Shown here: piece after piece, positions 1-10,790 of the stretch | Position numbering within the stretch: position 1 is the stretch's first letter | Layout of the letters: every line of letters begins with the position of its first letter | NCBI RefSeq assembly: GCF_001194135.2 | Contig: NC_068982.1 | Span: 85,864,996 to 85,911,869, forward strand | Direction of reading: 5' to 3' | DNA from: Octopus bimaculoides | Taxonomy: Eukaryota | DNA length: 46,874 nucleotides | Program-made: the position numbers and the translations under genes | The notes under the pieces: model-generated | Told to the model about the DNA's origin: nothing | The model's input: the letters and a program-made list of their open reading frames with translations, nothing else | Database searches by the model: none

Positions 1-278
1 CAAGCCAAGTGAAATCGTTGCCAGTGCCCCTGGACTGGCTCTTGTGCGGGTGGCACATAAAAGACACCATTTTGAGCATGGTCGTTTTCGTGCGGGTGAC
101 ACGTAAAAGCACCCACTACACTCTCTGAGTGGTTGGCGTTAGGAAGGGCATCCAGCTGTAGAAACTCTGCCAAATTAGATTGGAGCCTGGTGTTGCCATC
201 CGGTTTCACCAGTCCTCAGTCAAATCGTCCAACCCATGCTAGCATGGAAAGCGGACGTTAAACGATGATGATGATGAT
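1..278 (+). mobile_element. 3' end of RTE-family LINE or RTE-tailed repeat, ending in (GAT)n
   Basis: Motifs GTGGTTGGCGTTAGGAAGGGCATCCAG and AACCCATGCTAGCATGGAAAGCGGACGTTAAACG, then (GAT)n. Related tails occur at 19.7-20.0 kb (+) and 26.5-26.8 kb (-), the latter attached to an RTE ORF. Confidence 0.75.
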
Positions 279-284
279 ATATAT

Positions 285-499
285 AATTTAAAGAAGAAAA
301 TGTAGAAATATCGATGAACAACAATTGACTTACATCAATTATTATTTATTAATTCAACACAAATAGACTGGGATGCAGTCTATTTGTATTGAATTAATAA
401 ATAATAATTGAGTCTATTTGTGTTGAATTAATAAATAATAATTGATGTAAGTCAATTGTTGTTCATTGATATTTCTCCATTTTCTGTCTTCTTTAAATT
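285..499. repeat. Long foldback inverted repeat (MITE-like palindrome)
   Basis: 285-370 is the near-perfect reverse complement of 411-499. The loop region GGATG is at 371-375, and 376-410 is an extra ~35-bp copy of the start of the right arm. Confidence 0.85.
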
Positions 500-802
500 T
501 TGATTCTTGATAAACTCATGTTTATCCTTGCCTTTACCTATAATTTATGAGTATAATATGCATGCATATGTATGCTCATGGTTAAACATGGGTAATATAC
601 CTGTAGTATAATGGATACTTCTATCCCTTAGATAGTTATTTTAACCTCTAACTCAGCTAACCATATATATATATATATATATAGAACACCTATCACTGTA
701 GGTGTTCTAGCACCTTCTGCCATATTTAATGACAATTATAGTTTTCCTTTTTGGTGATTCAATATTAAACTGCTGCCTAATTTAATTATATATATATATA
801 CA

Positions 803-1030
803 TATTCTTCTACTCTTTTACTTGTTTCAGTCACTTGACTGTGGTCATAGTGGAGCACCACCTTAAAGGGCTTTAGTCAAAGAAATCAACCCCAGGACTT
901 ATTCTTTGTAAGCCTAGTACTTATTTTACCAGCCTCTTTTGCTGAACTACTAAGTTACGGAGACATAAACACACCAGCATCAGCTGTCAAGCGATGGTGA
1001 GGGGGTGGGGACAAAGACAGATAGACACAC
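803..1030 (-). mobile_element. SINE, 3' portion
   Basis: TACTCTTTTACTTGTTTCAGTCA-TTGACTG-GG-CAT motif recurs at ~43372-43440 and, reversed, at ~32865-32890. Confidence 0.7.
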
Positions 1031-1040
1031 ACACACATAT

Positions 1041-2177
1041 ATAAAAAGGGTGCAATGGGTAAATTGTCGCCATTTTATATTTTTAATTTCGTGCATGCAC
1101 ATTGTTTTTGATTTTGTCGACTACACAGTATAGTAGGATTAGTTGGGCATCATTTGTGAGAAAAACAGCACCATGATGTAATTCACTCTGCCAGAAATTT
1201 GGAAATGACATGCTGTGCTGCTTGGCATTCACACCAGAAGCACCAATACAAATATTTCAGAGTGTTTAGGTATTAATCTGAGGACAGTGCAGAGGATTTG
1301 GAAAGAGTTGGATGAGTCTAATGGTGATTACGAAAGTACAGCAGCTCAGAAAACTCACTCTGATCATTTTGATAAGAAAAGAACACCTAAATTTGTTGGT
1401 GAGATCCAGGCCATGATTGACAACAATCCCTCCAAGTCAATCAGGTCCATTGCTAGGGACATGGGAGTGTCTGAGTTTCTTATCAGGNNNNNNNNNNCAA
1501 TCAGGTCCATTGCTAGGGACATGGGAGTGTCTGAGTTTCTTATCAGGCAGGTAGTGTATGAAGACATTCGGTATTCCTCATACAAGATGAGAAAGGGTCA
1601 ATTTTTATCCCAAGGACAAGAGGAAAGACCATGCTACAAAGCTTTTGAACAAACTCAAGCATCCCCTCCAACTGAACATGCTTTGGTTTTTCTCAGAAGA
1701 GAAACATTTCTGCCAAGAACAGATGGTGAACACACAGAACAATTGTTAGCTTGCTGTATCCCCAAAACATGCGCCAAGAGTGATAACAATCAAACATCCA
1801 GTCAACATCATGGTATTTTAAGTGATCACTAGTGATGGCGATGTTATGCCTCCATTCATCTTCCCATACAACCTCAGAATCAACATGGAGGCCTACATTA
1901 AGTGCCTGGAGGAAGTAGTGCTGCCTTGGATTAAGAGGATGTCCACTGGCAATAGGACTCTGCACCATGCCACACAAGCAGGAGAACCCAGTCATGGCTG
2001 TCAGACAATTTCTGTGACCACATCACCCCTACCATCTGGCCACCTAACTCCCCACACTGCAATCCTCTTGATTATTATATGTGGGGCACAGTTGAGCAAG
2101 AGACCAACAAAACTCCTTATAACACTAAAGATGAACTGAAGGCAAGGATTATAGCAGCATTCACTAACTTAAACTGA
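1041..2177 (+). mobile_element. Decayed maT-family (DD37D) Tc1/mariner transposon, 3'-truncated
   Basis: N-terminal HTH region in ORF 1215-1832 (PSKSIRSIARDMGVS). Catalytic segment read by hand, Q*DSAPCHTSRRTQSWLSDNFCDHITPTIWPPNSPHCNPLDYY, has exactly 37 residues between the second and third Asp. Several frameshifts and stops. Confidence 0.85.
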
Positions 2178-2527
2178 TTAAAAAATTGTATAGAAAGTAG
2201 CAATTTGAAAAATCACATACAAGGGTTGGGGTGGGGGAGCGGTGGCTACAATGGTGTAAGATTTGTGTTTTGGTGATGGTTAGTGCTGCTTGTATGAATT
2301 GCATGTTTTGTCCCAGGTAAATGAGAGAAATTGCAGATACTGCATATGCATAGTCTCTTGCATTGAGAAAACTGACATATTTTGGGGTTTCATGCATTTA
2401 TAGATTTTATTTTATTTATGGTTGGCAGATTTATCATGTAGCTGTGAGGTATACATTCAAATTGAGGTTGACAGTGGTGGAAAGAAAGGTATGATAGTAG
2501 TAGAGGTTATGGTTGCAGTAGTAGAAT

Positions 2528-2732
2528 ATTCTTTTTCTACTCTAGGTACAAGGCCTGAAATTTTGGGGGATGAGGAGCCAGTTGATTAGATTGACTCCAG
2601 TATGCAACTGGTACTTAATTTATTGAAGGGCAAAGTCGGCCTCGGCGGAATTTGAACTCAGAATGTAAAGACAGATGAAATACTGCAAGCATTTCACCTG
2701 GTGTGCTAACGTTTCTGCCAGCTGGCAGCCTT
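2528..2732 (-). mobile_element. tRNA-derived SINE
   Basis: Reverse complement reads GGCTGCCAGCTGGCAGAAACGTTAGCAC...TTCTGAGTTCAAATTCCGCCGAGG (B-box GTTCAAATTCC). Same family as 9084 and 33300. Confidence 0.8.
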
Positions 2733-3399
2733 TGTAGCAGTAGAATATTATGGAAATGATGATAGTGATGATTTGGGTCAGTTGTAGTATTCAGAGAAAA
2801 TGAAGAATGTGGATAACTGGACAGTGAAGAGCTTTTCATTGTGGAATTTAATAGGTCATCAGTTGTGCTACTTTTGAGGAGTGACCTTACTACTGGTTAT
2901 GTTGTTGCTGCTGCTGCTTCTATCTATATATACTTCTAATTTTGATGTTGACGATGCTTTAGTTCAGTAGTATATCTTTTTAGAGAATTCCTTTGGAAAT
3001 TTTAAGACCAACTTCATCAGTTAACATTTTGGACTTTTTATTTATTTATTTTTGTTTTGAGAAGAAAACTAACTTCAAGCAACTTTTTACAGATCAATTT
3101 AGACACTATTTTCTAAACCTGGCAAAGTATGTAGGGGGTGCAAATTTTGATTTTACATCTGCTAAAAATTTTAGGGGGTGCAAGTACACCCCATTCCTGG
3201 GCCCACGTACACAAGTGCGTTGTCTTGTCTCTCTGTTACTTCAACTGGTATTATAGAGCTGGCTAGTTTTGTGCCTCCTCCACTCAGGTACTCCTAACCT
3301 ACTTGTCTTCCTTTCAGCATCTTTGTTCCTCCTCCAAAACACAGGCCCTATGGTATCTTCTTACTGCTCATTTCCTAACAGTTTAAAGAAACATTAACA

Positions 3400-4310
3400 G
3401 CATCACTCTCACCAATTTTAGAGTACTTGCACAGACCTTGGGCATTACCCCTTCCTTCAATACTAACAAGTAAAGAAACTAAAATAGAAAATATGTCAAC
3501 GGGCTCTATTTATGGAGTGGCTTCTTATCAGATCTGAACATTGTAATGTAAACTGATGGAACTCTCTCACCAACATTGTATCAACTCTAGTGTACCCCAA
3601 GATTTGGTTTTGCTCCTTGCACTAATGTCCTTATGTATCAACAACTTAACTGATGTCACCTCCAACAATACCCACAAATATTCATCCCTCCTAAACATTC
3701 TGTGCCCAAGTATCATCTACAAGTAATCTAGACACTTCATACCAAATTTGTGCTGACTCCCAGAATAGGAACCTTGAAAACATCTTCCCATAGAGTCATA
3801 CCTATCTTGTTTCCTTCAATCATAAAACACTACACAAACCAAGGAAACATTATTGTATTTCTCCCATAAACATGAATAGCATGTAATTAGAACTGTTAAG
3901 ATCACAACAAACACTAGATTTTACAGTAACTGAGGATGTTTCTTGATGAATGCTCATCCTCAACATAGCAAAGACTACATCAGAAAGATACTTCATATCC
4001 TAAATACTACAAACAAAATTCACAATGGAGTACTGCTCCTACATCTAAGATGGTGCTGCTGCTACTCACAGACATTCCAGACAACCTGAAAGAAAGGCCA
4101 CTCAACAGATTGGCAGGGATGGTAACATCCACGCACATTCCATACTGTCCCATCATAGACATGCTGTCTCCTTTCTTTGCCTTTTTTCTCACTACTGCTG
4201 TGGCCTCTGTTTCTCAGAGCTAGTTAATCCTGTGCCACTTGCACTGTAACCTCTGCTGATGAACTTATACCATTCACTTCCCACTACAAATAGCCTTCCT
4301 CCACAGAATG
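3400..4310 (+). mobile_element. Highly decayed CR1/L2-type LINE RT fragment
   Basis: Hand translation: FLSDLNIVM*TDGTLSPT..INSSVPQDLVL...CINNL (SGVPQGSVL..INDL motif) and MEYCSYI*DGA (MEYCSHIWGG-like). Confidence 0.6.
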
Positions 4311-4427
4311 TCAAACCTCTAGAATTTCCACTCTGTATACATTTTTCCCTTTAATCATGGATTTGCAACTTTCAAAAACAATGTCACTTACCTGGCATCT
4401 GAACAAGAAACTATTAACACCTTATTA

Positions 4428-5673
4428 TCAGATCACCCCATAAGTTCTGTCTGAATTTTGAATAAAGAAAACAAGTGATCAAATGTTATATTTAATTGAA
4501 ATTTAATCATCAATGTACTTTCCCTGATTATCTATGACTTCCTTCCATCTATTTACAAGCTTTTTTATCCTATCAATGTAAAACTCTTTTGGTTTCAAAG
4601 TGAAGAACTCTAAAATGCCAGTTTCAACCTCCACCTGGCTTGCAAAACTTATGTCCCCCAAATGATTCTATAAACAATGAAACAAATGGTAGTCTGAAGG
4701 AGCAAGGTGGATGAGGAATTTTTTCCCAATCAAGCTCTTCGATCTTCTGTGATGTGATCTTTGCAGTATGGGGTTGCGCATTGTCCTGATGAACCATCAC
4801 TCTTTTACGATTCATTAAAGTGGGTCTTTTTTTCTTCAAAGCTTGGTTCAAACGCTCTAATTGCTGACAGCAGACTTGAGCATTGATTTTTGCATTAGGT
4901 GGTAACAATCCCACCAGATAGAGAGAAGAACCTTTTTCCCATGAAGTTCCCTTCTCGGTTGTAGTTGAGCTTTTTCCCTTTTACCAAGCCACTGTTTATG
5001 ACGTTTAACATTTCAATAGAAGATCCATTTTTCATCACAAGTCACAAGTCTATCCAAAAAGGGTGAAATGAGTTCACAAGAATGGAAAGAAGAGCAGATG
5101 TCAACTTGGGATTTGCAGTTGCTTTCGGACAGTTCATGAAGCACCCATTTTCCAAGTTTAGGAACCTATCCAAGCTGTTGAAGATGACGATGAACAGTCA
5201 TATGGTTTGAACTAAGCTTTATTGCCAATTCTTCAACTGATAATGCAGGATTTTCTTCAAGTAATGCCTCAAGGAGCTTATCATCAGACTCAACTGGATT
5301 CCTGTTTGATCTTCATCTTCAAGGCTGAAATTTCCACTTCTGAATTTTGCAAACCATCTTCAGCAAGTTCTTTCATTCAAGCATTCCTTCTCATAAACTG
5401 AGTGTATGTTTCGAGTTGCTTCAGCTGCAGTTTCCTTTTTTGTACTCATAGATCATTATGTGCCTGAAATGCTCTTTGGATACTTCCATATTAGAAAGGG
5501 TTTTAATCAAAGAAATTTTAATTCTATTATTCTGTAAAATAATATTTAATTAATTTAAATGTACACAAATGCATAAAAACAATTTTTAATTCCATTAGAC
5601 ATTCTAAAATACTATTAAATTTCATTCACTTTTAAAAAAGGTAAAATCGGACAGAACTTATGGGGTGATCTGA
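4428..5673 (-). mobile_element. Full-length (1246 bp) inactive mariner (DD34D lineage) with TIRs and TA target duplication
   Basis: TIR TCAGATCACCCCATAAGTTCTGTC at 4428 and GACAGAACTTATGGGGTGATCTGA ending at 5673; TA at 4426-27 and 5674-75. Transposase starts MEVSKEHFRHIMIYEY at 5489 and contains HQDNAQPH. A ~14-nt deletion removes the PYSPD motif. Confidence 0.93.
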
Positions 5674-6622
5674 TATATTCTCTCTATTTTGTAATTAATT
5701 TTCTGAAGTTTTCATGAGAAAATTACACATTATCAAAATTCAAACCAAGGCCGTAAATACTCAATGACACTCAGTAAACACATATATTACTTATGCACAA
5801 TAGCCTTGTCAAAAACAAAAAAACTGCTATAGTTATTATAATGGTGATGATAAATAACACTCAAGTGTGAAGAAAAATTAGCATAAAAAACGAAAACTAG
5901 ACACTGAATAAATTCAATTTTATTATAGATTAAATAAATGAACCAGAAGTTACTTGACTATTTCACAAGTTTCTTTTTATCATTGATATTCAGACAAATA
6001 AGAATAAGTTGTTGAAAAATAACAATAGCAAAACCCTATTGCTTCGCAATAGTTTTTCTCAGTAAGAATGGTGTATTAAAATGATGATTTAATAAAAATA
6101 TTTCCCTTATAATTAGGTACTATTAAGAAAAACCTTGTAATGAGGTCTCAGTATGAAGTCACTTTTGATATAAAGATGATTTTTACACAAGAAAATGTCT
6201 TTATTTATACTAACCGTCTAAACTTAAGAAATACTAAATATTTTAAAGAACTATTATTACAATTTATTCATCTGTACAACAAAAGAAAAATGTTTTTTAA
6301 GGTTATTTTTTGAAATATGTCATTAATATTATTGAAATAACTGTAATAGTAACAAGGCAGTAAAAGGTTACCTTTACCTTAAGTTTTTTTTAAAAATAAA
6401 CTTTTGAATCCAATAAAATTCTTTTGAAGTAAGATAAGAGTTGTGAAGGTATCATGAATAGAGTTGTTCATATATCACTTTTAAATAATATATTCAGTGC
6501 TGACACAAAAAATGAAAAAAAAAAAATACGCACAGCATAGTGCTATACCCTGAGCTCGCCAAAAAAATTTTTTATACTGTTAACTTTTTGGCAACAAGAT
6601 AGATAATAGTGTCAAGACATTA

Positions 6623-6815
6623 CTAAAATGGGGGCATGTCATAGTATTTTTCATCAACTGCAATATTCAAATGTCTAAACATAGGGAGAAAGATTGCCAT
6701 GAGCGTTAGTATGGCAAAAATAAATATTGATGTATATTGAGTGAAAGGATTTAAGCCTTTCCAAATGGAAGTGATATCATTCTGAAATTCTCTGATGACT
6801 TCTGCAAACAGTGTC
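6623..6815 (-). CDS. Candidate terminal coding exon of an unidentified gene with a C-terminal TM helix
   Basis: Acceptor tatattttcag|G, with an in-frame alternative AG at 6834-35. One nt plus 63 codons TLFAEVIREFQNDITSIWKGLNPFTQYTSIFIFAILTLMAIFLPMFRHLNIAVDEKYYDMPPF, then stop. Followed by ~0.9 kb of TE-free AT-rich sequence containing AATAAA. Confidence 0.6.
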
Positions 6816-7440
6816 CTGAAAATATACAATTTTCTGATTAGATTGAAAACAAACAAAAACAAGAACATTTACATTTTAAAACATTTCAATTCTACTGATA
6901 GAATTAAGATAAGATATCTTAATGATTTTGAATGATTGGAGTCATTTAAAAATTGGAATCTATTGATTAAAAAAAAAGACAATAAAGCAATGAGAAAGAT
7001 GATCATGCCAAAAATTAATTTTGCAATCATTATTATAATTTATGTGAAACCTGCCTGTCTGCAACATAACTCCAGGTTTAGTTTGCAATACCCCCTCTCT
7101 CAATCCATCTATCTATATATCTGTGTGTGTGTGCATGCGCACATACACATGAGAACAAATATATGAATCTCTATTCTGTCCACATCTCTATCTTGCTTTT
7201 TCTGTAATGATACATACATAACACATACATTCAGGTACAAATGTGACAATAACATTATCTATATGTGTGTGTGGTGCTGCTGGTGGTGGTGGTGGTGGTG
7301 GGCAAATACATATCTCTCAACAAGATCTTTAGTGACATTTAGTTATATTAAGATACAACTATTGGAAATAAGAAATTGCTTATTTTAGTGCTGCTGCCAC
7401 GTAAAAAGCACCCACTACACTCTGCAGTTTGTGCTCATAC

Positions 7441-9066
7441 CATGTATTATTATCATTATTATTATTGTTCGGTAATTTTATTTTTATAACGTGCTTTTAC
7501 TTCACAACTGAGCACAGCTCTGTGTGCCTTGGGTATGTGCTGTGGTTAGCTGTGGTGCTCTTATGGTTACTGTATTCAAAGTGTTTTGCATAGGATGTGT
7601 GCAGTGCCCAGTAGTGCAATTTTCTGTATGTTATATATATTTGTAAGTCCTGGTGTTTTTGTTATGTATTTGTCTGAATATTTTTTTTATTATACCTAAG
7701 GCACCTACTATGATAGGAATTGTTTCTGTTTTTAGATTCCACATTCGAGTTACCTCTATTTCCAGGTCTTTGTATTTTGAAAGTTTCTCCATTTCTTTTT
7801 GGGAAACGTTGTCATCTGCTGGTATTGANNNNNNNNNNNNNNNNNNNNNNNNNNNNNNNNNNNNNNNNNNNNNNNNNNNNNNNNNNNNNNNNNNNNNNNN
7901 NNNNNNNNNNNNNNNNNNNNNNNNNNNNNNNNNNNNNNNNNNNNNNNNNNNNNNNNNNNNNNNNNNNNNNNNNNNNNNNNNNNNNNNNNNNNNNNNNNNN
8001 NNNNNNNNNNNNNNNNNNNNNNNNNNNNNNNNNNNNNNNNNNNNNNNNNNNNNNNNNNNNNNNNNNNNNNNNNNNNNNNNNNNNNNNNNNNNNNNNNNNN
8101 NNNNNNNNNNNNNNNNNNNNNNNNNNNNNNNNNNNNNNNNNNNNNNNNNNNNNNNNNNNNNNNNNNNNNNNNNNNNNNNNNNNNNNNNNNNNNNNNNNNN
8201 NNNNNNNNNNNNNNNNNNNNNNNNNNNNNNNNNNNNNNNNNNNNNNNNNNNNNNNNNNNNNNNNNNNNNNNNNNNNNNNNNNNNNNNNNNNNNNNNNNNN
8301 NNNNNNNNNNNNNNNNNNNNNNNNNNNNNNNNNNNNNNNNNNNNNNNNNNNNNNNNNNNNNNNNNNNNNNNNNNNNNNNNNNNNNNNNNNNNNNNNNNNN
8401 NNNNNNNNNNNNNNNNNNNNNNNNNNNNNNNNNNNNNNNNNNNNNNNNNNNNNNNNNNNNNNNNNNNNNNNNNNNNNNNNNNNNNNNNNNNNNNNNNNNN
8501 NNNNNNNNNNNNNNNNNNNNNNNNNNNNNNNNNNNNNNNNNNNNNNNNNNNNNNNNNNNNNNNNNNNNNNNNNNNNNNNNNNNNNNNNNNNNNNNNNNNN
8601 NNNNNNNNNNNNNNNNNNNNNNNNNNNNNNNNNNNNNNNNNNNNNNNNNNNNNNNNNNNNNNNNNNNNNAGCCTTTCTATGTCAGATTTTGGATGGTGCA
8701 TCCTATATCCTGTCATTATTTTTCTTGTTTTCCTGTCTATTTTACATAGTTCGTTTAGTGTCCAGTTAAGGATGTTGTAGCTGTAGCTTATAACTGGGAC
8801 AGCTAAAGTGTTGATACCCATTATCTTGTTTTTAGCATTGAGCTCTGTTTTTAGTATTGATCTAACTCGTCTATAGTACTCTTTCTTTATTTTTTCTTTC
8901 ATTTGTGTGTGTTGTGTCCTATCAAGTTCATTGACTCCTAAATATTTGTATGGCTGGCTTTCGTCTAGTTCTCTTATTTCATTGGCTTTATCTAGTGTGA
9001 TGTTTCAGTAGTGTTTCCAGCTCTTTATCATTTCTTAGCGTTTCCAGCTCTTTATCATTTCTTCTT
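7441..9066 (-). mobile_element. 5'-truncated R4/Dong-clade LINE (RLE type), spanning an assembly gap
   Basis: ORF 7631-8902: KEYYRRVRSILKTELNAKNKIMGINTLAVPV...DRKTRKIM...HPKSDIER and KEMEKLSKYKDLEIEVTRMWNLKTETIPIIVGALG. Flanked by (TTA)n at both ends. Confidence 0.85.
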
Positions 9067-9083
9067 CTTATTATTATTATTAA

Positions 9084-9295
9084 GGCAGCAAGTAGACAGA
9101 CTTGTTAGCATGCTGGGCAAAATGCTTAGCAGCATTTTGTCTGTCTTTATGTTCTGAGTTCAAACTCTCCCAAGGTTGACTTTAGTTTCCATTCTTTTGG
9201 AGTCAATAAATTAAGTACCAGTGAAATACTGGGGTCGATGTAATCAACTAGTCCTTTCCTCCCAAATTTCAGACCTCGTATCGATAGTAGAAAGG

Positions 9296-9300
<5 letters not shown>
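9084..9300 (+). mobile_element. tRNA-derived SINE with (TTA)n tail
   Basis: GGCAGC...GTTAGCATGCTGGGCAAAATGCTTAGC...GAGTTCAAAC; same family as 33300. Confidence 0.8.
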
Positions 9301-9327
<27 letters not shown>

Positions 9328-10525
9328 AGGAATCCTTCACTTTATGGAAGTAATGCATTCCTGAAAATCTGGTTGTAACGCTAAATTCCATAATGTGAAA
9401 TTAATGTTCCTATTGATTTTCATATTATCAAGTGAGATTGCATTCCTATGGACTTTTTCACAAAATAAAAAACACAAGAAACAACAGAGAACAAGCAACA
9501 CAATCACCTTTATACATGAAAATAACTATTTCTAAACATACACAATACATTGTAGATACAACAGAACAAAACACATTTCAAGAGGAATAAGTTAGGGAAT
9601 TAATAAGAATTGTAATATTGCAATGAACATTACTAGGAGGATTAGGGACAATATAGTTCATTATCAACATCAACTTGTAGGGTGAAGAACTGATTCAAAG
9701 TTGTTTAGTTTTTATGAGACAGCTCAGTATAGAAACTGAGCTCAATGTAAACTCTTGTAATTTTTATGTTACATTCACTATTAGGATCATTGTCAGCAAA
9801 AACCTGCAGACCAACCTCCATAAATGCCAACCCTTATGCAATAATATTTGTAGTTAATTTAAGTGGAACTTCCAATGTCTCATCTGTATTCTCAGCTTGT
9901 ACTTTTTCTAACATCAGCTCTTTGTTAGATAAACTTTCTCTTTGGGAAACTAACAACTCAATCACATGATTTCTTCAAATCCTACATCCTTTGCAAGTGT
10001 CAATATCTTTCCAAATTTGATGTAGACTTTCTGCTTGAAGGAAACTTGTAATGTCAGATACAGTCTGACCATATAATTTTCCAAGCATTAATCAAAGTTG
10101 AAGGTTTCACTTCATCCCATTACTAAGCTATATTATCCACAGCATCTGTTATGTTGAATTTCTTCCAGAAATCTCTAACTGTAGGTTTATCCGCCCTGTT
10201 AATTGCTTTCATAGGGTTGCTCAAAAGTTCTCATATAATAAAGTTAGCTATCACACCTTCATCCAGTTGATGGAGCAAAAACATTATATTCTTGGTGATA
10301 TATTCTACTTTCACATTATCAAAAAGGTCATCTAAGTTTGCTGGGTGGCTTGGTGTATTGTTTAAAATATGTTGGAAACATCATGTCTAGCATGGAATCA
10401 TTCTATGGCAGGACAAAAAAGAAAAAATAAACGTTTGTAAACCACTCTTTGAAAAGGCTCTTAGTAATTCATGCCTTCTTAATTGAATCGCAAATCAAAG
10501 GTAGATTAAACTTTGTTGTGTAACC

Positions 10526-10790
10526 TGTGGTTTAAAGGCACAAAATAAAGTTGCTCTTGCCTCGAGTTGCAATCAGGGACGACCAGCCAAATCATTCAGT
10601 TGTAATCATGTCAACTCTGCGAATCCCTCGCCAGCTAGGACCACTACACATGACTGCTAGCAGCACACGACTTGCCTCACTCACAAACCCCATAACAAAA
10701 AGGCTGACTTGAACCTGTCACTCACCAATGTGGCATCATCTTGTCCTCTTCCAGTCTTTTTCCTTTCCAGTCAATTATCCTTACACCACA
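10526..10790 (-). repeat. 3' LTR
   Basis: Aligns to 14456-14733 with many transitions and small indels. Confidence 0.9.

Noticed and set aside
1437-1548. Tandem ~50-bp duplication in the maT transposase
   Set aside because: The two identical copies flank a 10-N gap, which is typical of an unmerged contig overlap.
4386-4410. Consensus minus-strand donor CAG|GTAAGT with a nearby acceptor
   Set aside because: It implies a 7-nt exon beside a LINE relic, downstream of the putative last exon, with no supporting frame.
7653-8780. Long ORFs of 349-423 aa, and similar ones at 22.8-23.3 kb and 28.8-29.2 kb
   Set aside because: Their length comes from N runs translated as X.
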